25,706 nucleotides of DNA from an uncultured Dehalococcoidia bacterium. GTDB taxonomy: Bacteria; Chloroflexota; Dehalococcoidia; Dehalococcoidales; UBA3254. This document shows positions 1 through 8,498 of this stretch, in pieces. The position numbers and the translations under genes are program-made. The notes beneath the pieces are model-generated. The model made no database searches and was not told where the DNA came from. It saw nothing but the letters and a program-made list of their open reading frames with translations. Location: assembly GCA_903890885.1 (NCBI GenBank), contig CAITCX010000517.1, positions 1 through 25,706 on the forward strand. Direction: 5' to 3'. Every line of letters starts with the position of its first letter. Within the stretch, counting starts at the first letter, position 1.

Positions 1-2
1 TA

Positions 3-338
3 GCCGTACTCAAGATCGATGCCGGAAAATTACCTGTACTTAATATTGCCGATATATCTAAGGCCGCTGTTGGGGATTCGGTAGTGGCTGTGGGAAATTC
101 CAACGGCCAGGGAATCGTTGCCACCAACGGTATCATCAAACGCCTGGGAGTGCGGGGGAGGTATTATCGCAATATTATTGTGACAGACGCCCCTATTTAC
201 ACTGGCGATAGCGGTGGTGCACTGGTAAATATGGATGGTGAAATTATCGGCATTATCTTTGAAAAAGACCTGGAAGGCCTGGGTTATGCTATTAACATTC
301 AGGAAGCATTGCCGGTGATTCAGAGTTTGTCCCCATGA
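3..338 (+). CDS. Trypsin-like serine protease (HtrA/DegP-type S1C protease domain), 5'-truncated by the window edge
   Basis: Open frame from position 3 (AVLKIDAGKLPVLNIAD...VGDSVVAVGN...IVTDAPIYTGDSGGALVNMDGEIIGI). Contains the GDSGG catalytic Ser motif and the typical HtrA context; ends without a PDZ domain. Confidence 0.85.
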   Translation, partial: AVLKIDAGKLPVLNIADISKAAVGDSVVAVGNSNGQGIVATNGIIKRLGVRGRYYRNIIVTDAPIYTGDSGGALVNMDGEIIGIIFEKDLEGLGYAINIQEALPVIQSLSP

Positions 339-400
339 TTTTCCTACCACCCAAAGCCTGCTCAGCCTCCTGGCAGGCCATAGCGAAAAAGTCAGGCGTA

Positions 401-910
401 TTATTTCTCCAAAGTTAGTTTTTCAATCCATTTAAATTGGTCAGGGTATTGGGCCAGCAAATCAGCCTTCCGGCCCGCTTCATAGTCCCTGAAGTCGAAA
501 CCGGGAGACATGGTTGTGCCCAGCAAAGCCAAACCACCGCCATGTTTGAGCATACTCCCCTGCCAGACTCCTGCCGGCACTATGGTCTGCACCTGGTGAC
601 CATTAGCCAGATCGGTGCCCATCACGATTTCTTGAAGATGCCCGTCAGGATAGAGGAGTACCATTTCCACCGGGTCACCCATATAGAAATGAAATATTTC
701 AGCAGTCGGCAAGCGGTGCAGCCTTGAACAGGTCTGCGGTGTCAGGAGATAGTAGATAGCTGTGCTTAAAGCCCTCTCACCACGACAGCCAGGGGGCAAA
801 GACCCGCTTTTAAGGATTTCTGCTGAACGATAAGTCTCCCGATAGTAACCTCCTTCGCTGGGATGGGGCTTCAAATCCAGTCTTTCGATGATTTCCTGTG
901 AGGTTAGCAT
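401..910 (-). CDS. Cupin superfamily protein (DUF985/Cupin_5-like)
   Basis: LDLKPHPSEGGYYRETYRS, STAIYYLL, HRLPTAEIFHFYMG, VPAGVWQGS and TMSPGFDFRDYE are characteristic of the family. Start placed at ATG 910, preceded by AGGAGG. Confidence 0.9.
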   Translation of the reverse strand: MLTSQEIIERLDLKPHPSEGGYYRETYRSAEILKSGSLPPGCRGERALSTAIYYLLTPQTCSRLHRLPTAEIFHFYMGDPVEMVLLYPDGHLQEIVMGTDLANGHQVQTIVPAGVWQGSMLKHGGGLALLGTTMSPGFDFRDYEAGRKADLLAQYPDQFKWIEKLTLEK

Positions 911-1149
911 GGCCGTCCTCCTTTTTCCATATTTTATCACAAGCCCCTTTTCACGGCAGCACTGCTATAATTGGCTGTTCACCCACATCTTTCAAAATAA
1001 ATAGTTCAAAGCTGAAAAATCCCGGAAGTACCAAATAGGCGGCCACGGCCAGCACCGCGGAGGTTTTGTTTTTGTGATTTTTACTTATTTGTAATCTTTT
1101 GTAACCATTTATTTCTTGTATTTTATCTGTTTTATGATAAACTTATAGA

Positions 1150-1175
1150 ATTATTGACTATTATTGATTTATAAT
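1150..1175 (+). promoter_or_regulatory. Candidate promoter: tandem 10-mers ATTATTGACT/ATTATTGATT directly followed by TATAAT
   Basis: Tandem repeat at 1150-1169 and TATAAT at 1170-1175 in an AT-rich intergenic region. A second direct repeat, TGTAAT-N4-TGTAAC, lies at 1090-1105. Confidence 0.4.
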
Positions 1176-1233
1176 ACTGTGGAAACGATGAAGATCTCTT
1201 TTCATTCGGTTACCTGGTTAACAATCTAACGGT

Positions 1234-1269
1234 GAAACCGATATTTTCAGGTCGGTTTCTTGTTTTTTA
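1234..1269 (+). terminator. Intrinsic terminator inside a 5' leader (possible attenuator)
   Basis: Stem GAAACCGA (1234-1241) / TCGGTTTC (1252-1259) followed by TTGTTTTTTA. No + strand gene lies immediately upstream. Confidence 0.7.
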
Positions 1270-1345
1270 TCAGCGGAAAAATGAGGTCTGAAAATGAACA
1301 GGCAGGGATAAATAAATAGTTTAGAGCAGGCCTTAAAAAGGAAAT

Positions 1346-1624
1346 GTGAAAAGTACGAAACTTAAAGGACCATTTATTCGAGTAAGGTCAATAAAAGCAT
1401 TATTGTTGATTTTTAGTCCGATAGTTAATTTCTTCAGCGCAGGTCTTTCTCATAAAAAGGTCTACGCCGTTTTTGTTGAGGTTTATCCCAATGTTGTCAC
1501 TACTGTTCCGATAAATGGCGCAGTGGTAGTTCCACTGAGCAGCGACATCGCCATTAAAATCGGCGAAGCCGTTAATATGGTTGGCTCATGGATCTCACTT
1601 TCGTGCGCTGGCAAGGGAGCCTGA
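1346..1624 (+). CDS. Small hypothetical protein (may be a gene remnant)
   Basis: GTG start after AAGGA; its TGA abuts the next ATG at 1625. No recognisable motif. Confidence 0.3.
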   Translation: MKSTKLKGPFIRVRSIKALLLIFSPIVNFFSAGLSHKKVYAVFVEVYPNVVTTVPINGAVVVPLSSDIAIKIGEAVNMVGSWISLSCAGKGA

Positions 1625-2666
1625 ATGAAAAAACAAGCCATTATCGTTGCTATACTGGCAATATTAACTGATGGGAATCTCGAGTATGCCAGTTATAGCC
1701 ATGGACAATGTGCCAAACCTAAAGAGAGAGCAAACCATTACGCTTTCTGCCTTATCTGATAATAGTACAGGTCCGCAGACATGGAACCTGCATTCGAAAG
1801 CGGTTTTCGGCGGATATGTAATGGATCAGGCCAACAATTCCGCCAACAAAGGAGAGGTTAAACTGGTCACGATAGCAGGCGGCGCCAGCACAATGTGGAT
1901 TTCAGACCAGGCTTTCCTTAGCGATACCCAGTACTTAGGCGGAGTATGGCACATATTGATATATTCTCTCAGCGACTGGGGGAAATATGGGAGCCTGTGC
2001 AGGGTTGATGTGGGAACCTGAAATGGGATGACCTTTAAAGCATTCACACTGAGTTCTGTGGGAACCATCTACAGTCTTTCTTCAGTCAGACAAACGCTAG
2101 GGCAGACGACTGCCGGCATTGTCTATGCCGGCGAATACCTGGCGATTCAAGTCTCCAATAGAGATACCATACCACACGAATTATATACAGCCGAAAACGG
2201 AAGCGGTTCCTATGCCTCTGGATTGATAGGCGGCACCATCACCAATCCATCTACACAAAGCTTAACAACGTCTAAGACTTTGCCCTCTACCGTATCTACA
2301 GCTGCACCTCCGGTTCCTGTCATGCCTGTTCCAGGTGGGTCGGCAGCGGTACCTTCAAATAATATACCGACTGTGCCTGCAGCCTCTACTGTCGACAAAC
2401 CAAATACGAAAACCCCACCCAAAAACGCAGCATCAAAAACCCAATTCTCTGTCATCATGGGAATCCTGGGGGTTGGACTGGCGATGATGATCACGTTCGT
2501 ATTATATATAGCCGAAATCACAACTAATAGAATTGCTGGTTTGAACAAGGGGTGTAATCGTCTTGATTGTGCCCGTTACTGGAGCTTGCGCTGCAACACA
2601 ACAGACAATTGTGAAGAGCGGGATTGCAAAAGGTGGCATAGGAAGGATTTGCAAAACTCCGCCTAA
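1625..2666 (+). pseudogene. Disrupted secreted/membrane-anchored protein gene (signal peptide, Pro/Thr/Ser linker, C-terminal TM helix)
   Basis: ATG 1625 gives MKKQAIIVAILAIL; removing one base near 1666 joins it to LMGISSMPVIA-MDNVPN, a complete signal peptide. ORFs 1671-2021 and 2028-2666 are in the same frame, separated by one TGA (VGT*NGMTF). The TM segment FSVIMGILGVGLAMMITFVLYIA follows a PTS-rich linker. Confidence 0.7.
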
Positions 2667-2745
2667 AGGAGACCTTGGGGACGTGGTGTCTGAACTAATA
2701 TTCAAAATGATTATATTTGTTTTCGGCATACTCACAGGAAACCAG

Positions 2746-2811
2746 TCTCCTCAATCTTCAGCAGTCGCAGTGGCTTTTACCTTAGTTTGCTAAAGTTATT
2801 GCTGCCACAGT
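2746..2811 (-). repeat. Orphan copy of the 3' end and downstream flank of the beta-propeller gene (second copy 7277-7336)
   Basis: 2759-2811 vs 7284-7336 match at 48/53 nt by manual alignment, extended by a shared TCTCCTC across a 6-nt indel. Translates as YCGSNNFSKLR* versus NCGSNSVSKLK*. Confidence 0.85.
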
Positions 2812-3088
2812 ATGCCGCCTGGCCAGAACCACTCTCCGCTGAATCTTCAGAATATTCTCGACTCTACGGACAGTCCAGAGGGTGTATTCCCATCCGGTGT
2901 AACCCAATTTGTCCACAGTAAAACGGCAAAGTAAAAGCCCGGTTAAACACCGGGGTTGGAAAACCACATACTTGTTCAGCAAAACAATATAATGTAAAAG
3001 GTATATCAGCACTTTTAAAAACAAAAATGTTCGAGGTCCTATCAATTTGAGTGATATGGGAAATCCCGGATTATACAGGAGGCGGGGT

Positions 3089-6000
3089 ATGAAACGGCTG
3101 GTATCATCTGGTACTCCCGGTATTATTTTGAAAGTGGTCCTCACAGTATTGTTTTGTTTATCAACATTTGGAATCAAAACATTCGATGCACAGGCTTTCA
3201 GCGGAGAGGGAGGAGTCTATTTCCCGGACGCTAATTTGCGTGCCGCCATCAACGATGCCCTGGGAAGAGAACGTTCGCACAGCGTAATCCCGGCAGACCT
3301 GGAATCCTTAACTTATCTCTATGCAGCCGGTTATGGTGTTGCTGACCTCGAAGGGCTGCAATATGGTATTAATCTCGATCGTCTGTCTCTGGGCCATAAC
3401 CCGATCACCAACATCGAGATTTTACACCATTTAACCGATCTTAAAGAACTTTCTCTGGGTAATACCAGTGTCAGCGATTACTCACCTTTATCTTACCTGA
3501 CCAACCTCTCGGTGCTGGGTCTGAACGGCGCCAATATCAGTAATATTTCTTTTCTTGATAACCTGAACGGCCTGACCATGCTATCGATTAACAATAGTAA
3601 TCTCAGCAATCTCGGTCCGCTGGAGGACATGGAATATTTAAGCTACTTAAATCTGGCTGACAATAAAATTAGCAGTATTGAATCCTTGCGAGGCCTACCC
3701 AGATTAAAGGAGCTTGACCTGATCGGTAACCAGGTCAGCAGTATCTCGGCCCTGGAAGACGTCCCCACTCTCGAAACACTCTGGCTCTATTTTAATCAGA
3801 TTACCTCGATTGCCCCTCTGGAGAATTGCCATAACCTGTACGCAATCTGGGCGGATTTCAATCAGATAACCAGTCTGGAACCCATCACCGGATTAACATC
3901 TCTGGTGAACGCGTCCTTCGCCAGAAACCAGATCGAACACATTCCTGATTTATCTGAGTTGACCAGCTTGCAGAGGCTGGATCTTTTCGGGAACAATATC
4001 GCTGGTTTTTGGCTGGATACTCAGTTTCCCGAACACCTGAAAATATTAAACCTGAGCAGTAACCCCTTAGGCACGTTTAGTTTTATTTATGGAATCGCAG
4101 CCCTTCATCTTGACAGCGTAGAAGTCATGGGTCTCGCGAACTGCGGGTTGACCAGCGGGTTCGACATCGATGAGCTGCCTGATGTTAAAGAAATATATCT
4201 TTCCGGCAATCAATTGGAGAGTGATGATTTATATGCCCTGGTCGGTGGCCAAAGCAGTCCTATAGACCCGCCCCCGATAAATACCATGGATGTTGCGGAT
4301 AACCTGATAGATAGCATCTCGACTTTGGCCAACTGGACTCGTATAACCTCCGGTGGTGTTTTAAATGTCTCCTCTAATTTCCTGGATATTACCCCGGGAT
4401 CAGATGATATGGCTGACATTAATGTTTTAAAAAACAGGGGAGTTAGCGTAACCTATGACCCGCAGAAAGTACTCCTGGACCTGCCGGATGATAATCTGGA
4501 AGCGGCTGTCAAGGCGGCCTTGCATAGGTCGCTGGGATACATCCTGACTTCGGATTTTAATGCCCTGACATATTTAGCTGCCAACAATGCCAATATTACT
4601 AACCTTTCCGGTCTGGAAAAATTCCCTAACCTGCAAACCCTGGTTCTTGCCAATAATCAGATCAGCGATATCTCGCCTTTAACAGGCTTGACCAAATTGA
4701 TGTACCTTTATCTAAATGATAATCAGATCGTCAATATTCCGTCTTTATCCGGTTTGACCAAATTATATTCCGTGACGCTGGCCAATAACCAGATCGAAAA
4801 TATCACAGCTCTCGCGGGTCTGCCCAACCTCTATTTCCTGTACCTGGATAATAACCATGTTAATCAGATTTCTGCTTTATCCGGTCTGACCAAACTGATA
4901 TACCTTGGACTGTCCGGCAATACTATCGAAGATATTTCGGTTTTAGCGAGTATGACCAATTTGCAGGCGGTTTACCTGGATTCCAACCGGATCAGTAATA
5001 TTTCCGCTTTAACCAGCCTGTTAAACTTGCAGAGTATCAGGCTCTCGGCCAATCTTGTCAGTGACCTGTCACCTCTGAACAACAAAACCACTTTATATAA
5101 TCTGGAACTGGATTCAAACCCTGTTACCGATATTCATTATCTCTCCACCCTGAGTAATCTCAGCAGTCTTAAACTGTGTTCGGATAATATCGATGATAGT
5201 GATCTATCATTTCTCGTGGGTTTGGGCAGTTTAAGCGAATTATATCTTAATTCCAACCAGATCACCGATATTTCCCAGCTAGCCGGTATGGAAAATTTGT
5301 ATTATCTGGCAATAGTCCATAATCATCTGGATATCAGCGCTGGTTCGGCGACAATGAATGATGTTGCTCAAATCCTGGATCGTGGCGGCACCGTACTTTA
5401 TTACCCGCAGCAAACTGAGGTAGTTTCTTTAGGTATTGATCCGCCGGTAGTGGCAGGTCTACCAGTTGAGGATGAAGTAATACTTAAAGCAGTGGGGACT
5501 TATGCCGATGGTTCGCAGGTTGACCTTTCCACCCAGGTCGCCTGGGTAAGTTCGAATAATGCCGTCGCCTGGGTCGGTAGTTATGGGGTCGTCACTGGAG
5601 CAGCCACTGGAATCGCCGTAATTACTGCCTCTTTACCTGGAGGGCTCAGCGCAGATGTTGATGTCACTGTAATACCTCCCGTCCATCTGGCCATACTGAT
5701 TCCTGCAGGGCCGGATGATAGTCCGACCATTCTGCCCGATGAGAGTATAGACCTTCTAATGCAGTACCCAGCTCAAGATGATGTAACCTTTGCGGCAGGC
5801 GAATGGAAAGTAGTATTCTATGCGGATTATTATGAAGAAGACTACACACAGGTCTTCGGCATTAATATTGGAGAATATGGACCGGCAGGCGAAGTATTAG
5901 GAAAAAGCGCGTATCAGCAGCCAGGTTTAAGTATGATTCAATCTTTAAACTCTGTAAACTCTTACCCTCTGACGTTTTATATCGATCGTGAAGGCTTTAC

Positions 6001-6232
6001 GGTACATCAGGGAAATTATCTGGGCATAACTATTACTAACCATGACCAGCATGGCAATAGCCACGTAATTTTCGGAGGCCATGATTCCTATTTAAAACCG
6101 CCTTCAGGTTCCCCTTCATTTCCGGTTCCTGAACTACCGGCTGGTATTTTGCTGGGAATAGGAATTGTGGGGTTGCGTGTCTATGCGTTATTAAGAAGGA
6201 GTAAAACTGCTAACAAAGCCATAATCCCATAA
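3089..6232 (+). CDS. Internalin-like leucine-rich-repeat cell-surface protein: signal peptide, two capped LRR modules, Big_2 Ig-like domain, PEP-CTERM-like VPELP sorting signal
   Basis: ATG 3089 after AGGAGG. About 22-aa LRRs (LxxLxLxxNxIxDIxxL). N-caps FPDANLRAAI and LPDDNLEAAV; matching C-caps NFLDITPGSDDMADI and NHLDISAGSATMNDV. Big_2-like WVSSNNAVAWVGSYGVVTG. C-terminus FPVPELPAGILLGIGIVGLRVYALLRRSK. Confidence 0.9.
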   Translation: MKRLVSSGTPGIILKVVLTVLFCLSTFGIKTFDAQAFSGEGGVYFPDANLRAAINDALGRERSHSVIPADLESLTYLYAAGYGVADLEGLQYGINLDRLSLGHNPITNIEILHHLTDLKELSLGNTSVSDYSPLSYLTNLSVLGLNGANISNISFLDNLNGLTMLSINNSNLSNLGPLEDMEYLSYLNLADNKISSIESLRGLPRLKELDLIGNQVSSISALEDVPTLETLWLYFNQITSIAPLENCHNLYAIWADFNQITSLEPITGLTSLVNASFARNQIEHIPDLSELTSLQRLDLFGNNIAGFWLDTQFPEHLKILNLSSNPLGTFSFIYGIAALHLDSVEVMGLANCGLTSGFDIDELPDVKEIYLSGNQLESDDLYALVGGQSSPIDPPPINTMDVADNLIDSISTLANWTRITSGGVLNVSSNFLDITPGSDDMADINVLKNRGVSVTYDPQKVLLDLPDDNLEAAVKAALHRSLGYILTSDFNALTYLAANNANITNLSGLEKFPNLQTLVLANNQISDISPLTGLTKLMYLYLNDNQIVNIPSLSGLTKLYSVTLANNQIENITALAGLPNLYFLYLDNNHVNQISALSGLTKLIYLGLSGNTIEDISVLASMTNLQAVYLDSNRISNISALTSLLNLQSIRLSANLVSDLSPLNNKTTLYNLELDSNPVTDIHYLSTLSNLSSLKLCSDNIDDSDLSFLVGLGSLSELYLNSNQITDISQLAGMENLYYLAIVHNHLDISAGSATMNDVAQILDRGGTVLYYPQQTEVVSLGIDPPVVAGLPVEDEVILKAVGTYADGSQVDLSTQVAWVSSNNAVAWVGSYGVVTGAATGIAVITASLPGGLSADVDVTVIPPVHLAILIPAGPDDSPTILPDESIDLLMQYPAQDDVTFAAGEWKVVFYADYYEEDYTQVFGINIGEYGPAGEVLGKSAYQQPGLSMIQSLNSVNSYPLTFYIDREGFTVHQGNYLGITITNHDQHGNSHVIFGGHDSYLKPPSGSPSFPVPELPAGILLGIGIVGLRVYALLRRSKTANKAIIP

Positions 6233-6377
6233 GTTTTCAACCGCAGATGAAGAGTACTCAGAAGAGGCGTCGGAATAGCTCTCTAAAGGGATAAAAATCG
6301 TTGAGGGTATATTTGTGCATTGTTGATAGGTTCAGCTTATAATGTACGGTAATATGCAGTATTTGAGGAGGATGTCA

Positions 6378-7142
6378 TTGAAGTGTCGGCTTGTACCTGT
6401 CATAGCTATTATTGCCCTTTTGATGATGATGGGAGTGGGGTGTGGAACCTCTGCCAATTCAACACGGCAGCCTCGTAGCGTCACCGTGACTGGCAGTGCC
6501 GATGTGATGGTGGTGCCCGATGAGGTCGTGTTCTCCGTGGGCGTCGAAACCAGCGACTTAGTGCTGACCAGGGCCAAGAATGACAACGATGTCATTATCA
6601 AGAAAGTGCTTGCTCAAGCGCAAAGCCTGGGCGTAGAAGAGAAATACATTCAGACAGACTACATAAGCATCGAACCGCGCTACCAGGATGCTTATCTGAA
6701 GGACGGATATCAGAAGCGGGAACTTGTTGGCTACTTTGTAAGCCAGAACATTGCCTTCACTCTTAAGGATGTATCCAGATTCGAGGCCCTATACAGTACC
6801 ATTCTGGAAAGTGGTGTGAACCATGTCTACGGCATCGAATTCCGCACCACAGAACTGCGCAAGTACCGTGACCAGGGACGTGCCATGGCCATTCAGGCTG
6901 CCCGTGAAAAAGCTGAAAGTTTGGCAAAAGAGATGGGACAGACCGTCGGCGTCCCTCTTTCTATTAATGAAAACAGCAACTGGGGATACCGCTCCTACTC
7001 ATGGTGGGGAGCGTCCTCCGCAATGTCGCAGAATGTTATTCAGAATGCCCCTTCGCAAGGTATATCAGATGGCGGCAGCACTATGGCCTTAGGCCAGATT
7101 GCTGTCAATGCAAGTGTGAGCGTTACTTTTGAACTGAAGTGA
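6378..7142 (+). CDS. SIMPL domain (DUF541/BP26-like) lipoprotein
   Basis: SVTVTGSADVMVVPD, DYISIEPRY, AIQAAREKAESLAKEMG and QIAVNASVSVTFELK are typical SIMPL segments; lipobox GVGC. Start chosen at TTG 6378 (6 nt after GAGGAGG); ATG 6342 and 6372 are alternatives. Confidence 0.88.
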   Translation: MKCRLVPVIAIIALLMMMGVGCGTSANSTRQPRSVTVTGSADVMVVPDEVVFSVGVETSDLVLTRAKNDNDVIIKKVLAQAQSLGVEEKYIQTDYISIEPRYQDAYLKDGYQKRELVGYFVSQNIAFTLKDVSRFEALYSTILESGVNHVYGIEFRTTELRKYRDQGRAMAIQAAREKAESLAKEMGQTVGVPLSINENSNWGYRSYSWWGASSAMSQNVIQNAPSQGISDGGSTMALGQIAVNASVSVTFELK

Positions 7143-7301
7143 CTATCGCGGTAACCAGCGTTCCCGGCCGGTTTCCCTTTGGCCTTACCCATCACTATGC
7201 CCCCGCTAAAGCCTTTCCTTTGCCCTCTATTTAGCTAAACCTGCTGCTGAACACTGCCGGGTTGAATGACTTTGCCTCTCCTCCAGCAGTCGCAGTCGCT
7301 T

Positions 7302-8228
7302 TTACTTCAGTTTGCTAACGCTATTGCTGCCACAGTTAGCCACCCAGGTATTGGTGCCGTCAAAGCAGATGCCAGAGGGTAAGTTGTCCACCGCATAGGT
7401 GCCCAGCCTGCCGCCGTTGCTGGCCTTCAGTTTAGTGACATCGTTGCTTTCCTGGTTTGTTACCCAGATATTGCTGCCGTCAAAGCAGATGCCCATAGGG
7501 AAGTTGCCCACCGCATAGGTGCCCAGTATGCTGCCGTCGCTGGCTTTCAGTTTAGTGACGTTGTTGCTTTCTTTGTTTACCACCCATATATTAGCGCCGT
7601 CAAAGCAGACACTGGAGGGTAAGTTGCCCACATCATAGTAGTCCAGCCTGCTGCCGTCGCTGGCTTTCAATTTAAATACATCGTTGCTTTCCTGGTTTAC
7701 CACCCATATATTAGCGCCGTCAAAGCAGATGCCCATAGGGAAGTTGCCCACCGCATAGGTGCCCACCATGCTGCCGTCGCTGGCTTTCAGTTTGGTGACG
7801 GTGCCGTTGCCCCAATTTGCCGTCCAGATATGGGTGCCGTCAAAGCAGATACCCATGGGGCAGTCTCCTACCGCATAGGTGCCCAGCATGCTGCCGTCGC
7901 TGGCTTTCAGCTTGGTCACGTTGTTTCTGCTTCCGTTAGCCGTCCAGATATTGGTGCCGTCAAAGCAGATGCCGGCGAGATTAGCTCCCACCGCATACGT
8001 TCCAATTATGCTGCCGTCGCTGGCTTTCAGTTTGGTGACGTCGTTGCTGCCTCCGTTAGTAGTCCAGATATTGGTGCCGTCATAGCAGATGCCAAAGGGG
8101 GAGTCGCCCACTACATAGGTTCCGATGGCCGGCAACGGAGAAGATGACGCCTGTTTTCCGTTAGCGGTACAAGCCGTTAATAAAAGAGATAATAAGAGCA
8201 CAACAATTAAAATCCTTGTTTTTCGCAT
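7302..8228 (-). CDS. Seven-bladed beta-propeller (YVTN/Vgb-like) lipoprotein
   Basis: Lipoprotein signal ending LLLTAC, then seven 40-aa repeats GTYAVGxxPxGICFDGTNIWxxNxxSNxVTKLKASDGSxL. Confidence 0.9.
   Translation of the reverse strand: MRKTRILIVVLLLSLLLTACTANGKQASSSPLPAIGTYVVGDSPFGICYDGTNIWTTNGGSNDVTKLKASDGSIIGTYAVGANLAGICFDGTNIWTANGSRNNVTKLKASDGSMLGTYAVGDCPMGICFDGTHIWTANWGNGTVTKLKASDGSMVGTYAVGNFPMGICFDGANIWVVNQESNDVFKLKASDGSRLDYYDVGNLPSSVCFDGANIWVVNKESNNVTKLKASDGSILGTYAVGNFPMGICFDGSNIWVTNQESNDVTKLKASNGGRLGTYAVDNLPSGICFDGTNTWVANCGSNSVSKLK
7305..8123 (-). repeat. Intragenic 120-bp tandem repeat, about 7 units
   Basis: Register visible every 120 nt (7381, 7501, 7621, 7741, 7861, 7981, 8101). 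A 50-nt block is identical at 7476-7525 and 7716-7765. Confidence 0.95.
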
Positions 8229-8333
8229 TTCCTGGTTTCCTTATTGAATCGTCTTCAAAGTATTATTTCTGGTCCACCCTATGAACTTGATAACAGGCTA
8301 ATAATAACTTGGGCAGCAGTGTGTGTCAATTTG

Positions 8334-8361
8334 AACCAGAGGGGACGGTGTGTCTGAAGTG
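8334..8361 (+). repeat. 27-28-bp dispersed intergenic repeat (second copy 12429-12455)
   Basis: AACCAGAGGGGACGGTGTGTCTGAAGTG vs AACCAG-GGGGACGATGTGTTTGAAGTG: one indel and two mismatches. Confidence 0.7.
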
Positions 8362-8498
8362 TCTTCCCTCCAATTGTTTTGCTGCTATTCCCCTGCATAG
8401 CGAAATCCAGTCTCCAATCTTTTAGCGCAACTGGATTCTTGACCTGGCGTTTCTCTATGAAAAATTGTTTCACAAACATCCGTGCTAAGTATACATTT

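Noticed and set aside
2019-2021. Selenocysteine or genetic-code-4/25 readthrough of TGA
   Set aside because: No convincing SECIS hairpin follows, TGA ends several intact genes here, and the same gene also carries a frameshift.
2759-7336. DGR template/variable repeat pair (53-bp copy of a gene 3' end)
   Set aside because: The five mismatches are not confined to adenines in either copy on the coding strand, the repeat is short, and there is no reverse transcriptase in the window.
7305-8123. CRISPR array
   Set aside because: The 120-bp units are contiguous coding repeats with no repeat-spacer alternation, and no cas genes are present.
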